Assembly: GCF_006345805.1 (NCBI RefSeq)
Contig: NC_043002.1
Span: 52,018,001 to 52,082,000 of the forward strand
Direction: 5' to 3'
Source: Octopus sinensis
Lineage: Eukaryota
Length of the DNA: 64,000 bases
Positions 63,062-64,000 of this stretch are shown here, in pieces (position 1 is the stretch's first letter; every line of letters starts with the position of its first letter). The notes below the pieces were generated by a model that was not told the DNA's origin, searched no databases, and saw only the letters and a list, made by a program, of their open reading frames with translations. The position numbers and the translations under genes were made by a program.

Positions 63062-63738
63062 GTGAGAGTTTGTGCTTCTCTTTGGTTTAATTTACAATCA
63101 TCATCATCATCATTTGAAGTAATTCTTTATGCTATACCTAAATGCTGGTTATTGCTCTCTTTTTTGCTAGTGTAATGTTTGTGGCATCTGAGACATCTTA
63201 CCAGCATTAATTTGTGCTGTCATTCATTTTGTGGTTTGAAATGTACCAGTAATGTACCAGTAATTATCTTCCCCTTCACCACTGTTTCTTAACATCCACT
63301 TTTCCATGCTTGCATGGGTCAGATGTAACTTGTTGAGGCAAATTTTCTATGACTGGATACCTTTCTTATCACTGTTTCATGTAAGTCTGGAAACGAAGGA
63401 TGTTGCTTGTATGATGGTAATACTCATTTTACTACTATTGTATGATATTGAGACAACAAAACACACACATGCGCATGTGTCTATAACTTTTCACACTTTG
63501 TATATACTTCCTTCTTAGCTTTCCATGTTTCTTCTATTGTTCAATCTTTAGTTGTGGTTTGCACCTGATGACTATTGGGATGTTACACATGTTATAATTC
63601 ATTATTTGGCATGTTCTCAGCATAAGAAACTATTAGTAGCACATAAAAACATGTATTGTGTCTATTAAATAATATTTCTCTCACCAGATGAAGTACTTTT
63701 TTTGTTGATCTTACCATCATGGAACAATACATTTTACA

Positions 63739-63778
<40 letters not shown>

Positions 63779-64000
63779 CAAGCTTTCTTTCATTTTTCTA
63801 TGTACCAAATTTACTTTCAAGGCTCAGGGCTAAGTAGAAGACATTTGCTCAAAGTTCCATGTACTACGACTGAACCTGAGACCATGTGCTTGGGAAGCAA
63901 ACTTCTTGACTATTTAGCCAAGCTTACCTTATAAGATTAACACTTTTAACTAGAGCCATGCTTTATGTTAAGATATCTTTATGGAAAATTATTTTGGGCC

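Overview
AT-rich, microsatellite-dense eukaryotic (metazoan) DNA. The SINE/RTE repeat content looks like an octopus genome; this is my recognition and is unverified. Three spliced genes can be reconstructed with GT-AG boundaries and consistent phases. (1) A mitochondrial acyl-CoA dehydrogenase of the long-chain/acdh-6-like type on the minus strand, 7 exons from 24923 down to 697, running off the left edge. (2) A complete NDUFA8 on the minus strand, 3 exons, 169 aa, four CX9C motifs. (3) An hnRNP U-like gene (SPRY + P-loop) on the plus strand, at least 7 exons from 52503, running off the right edge. Introns and intergenic DNA contain tRNA-derived SINEs, RTE LINEs with a PHD finger inside the RT ORF, two Tx1-clade LINE copies at (TC)n-rich targets, a mariner relic and several MITE families. 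The most notable signal is a set of hammerhead-ribozyme motifs in small non-coding islands next to (TA)n tracts. One complete type-I hammerhead lies in the sense strand of acyl-CoA dehydrogenase intron 1, inside a 472-nt tandem unit. A divergent hammerhead pair forms a palindrome at 42.9-43.1 kb. Another hammerhead with a 13-bp stem II lies at 29.5 kb. Three variant-core minimal hammerheads are also present. Together they suggest a Penelope-like/retrozyme system. No folding software, database search or activity test was run.
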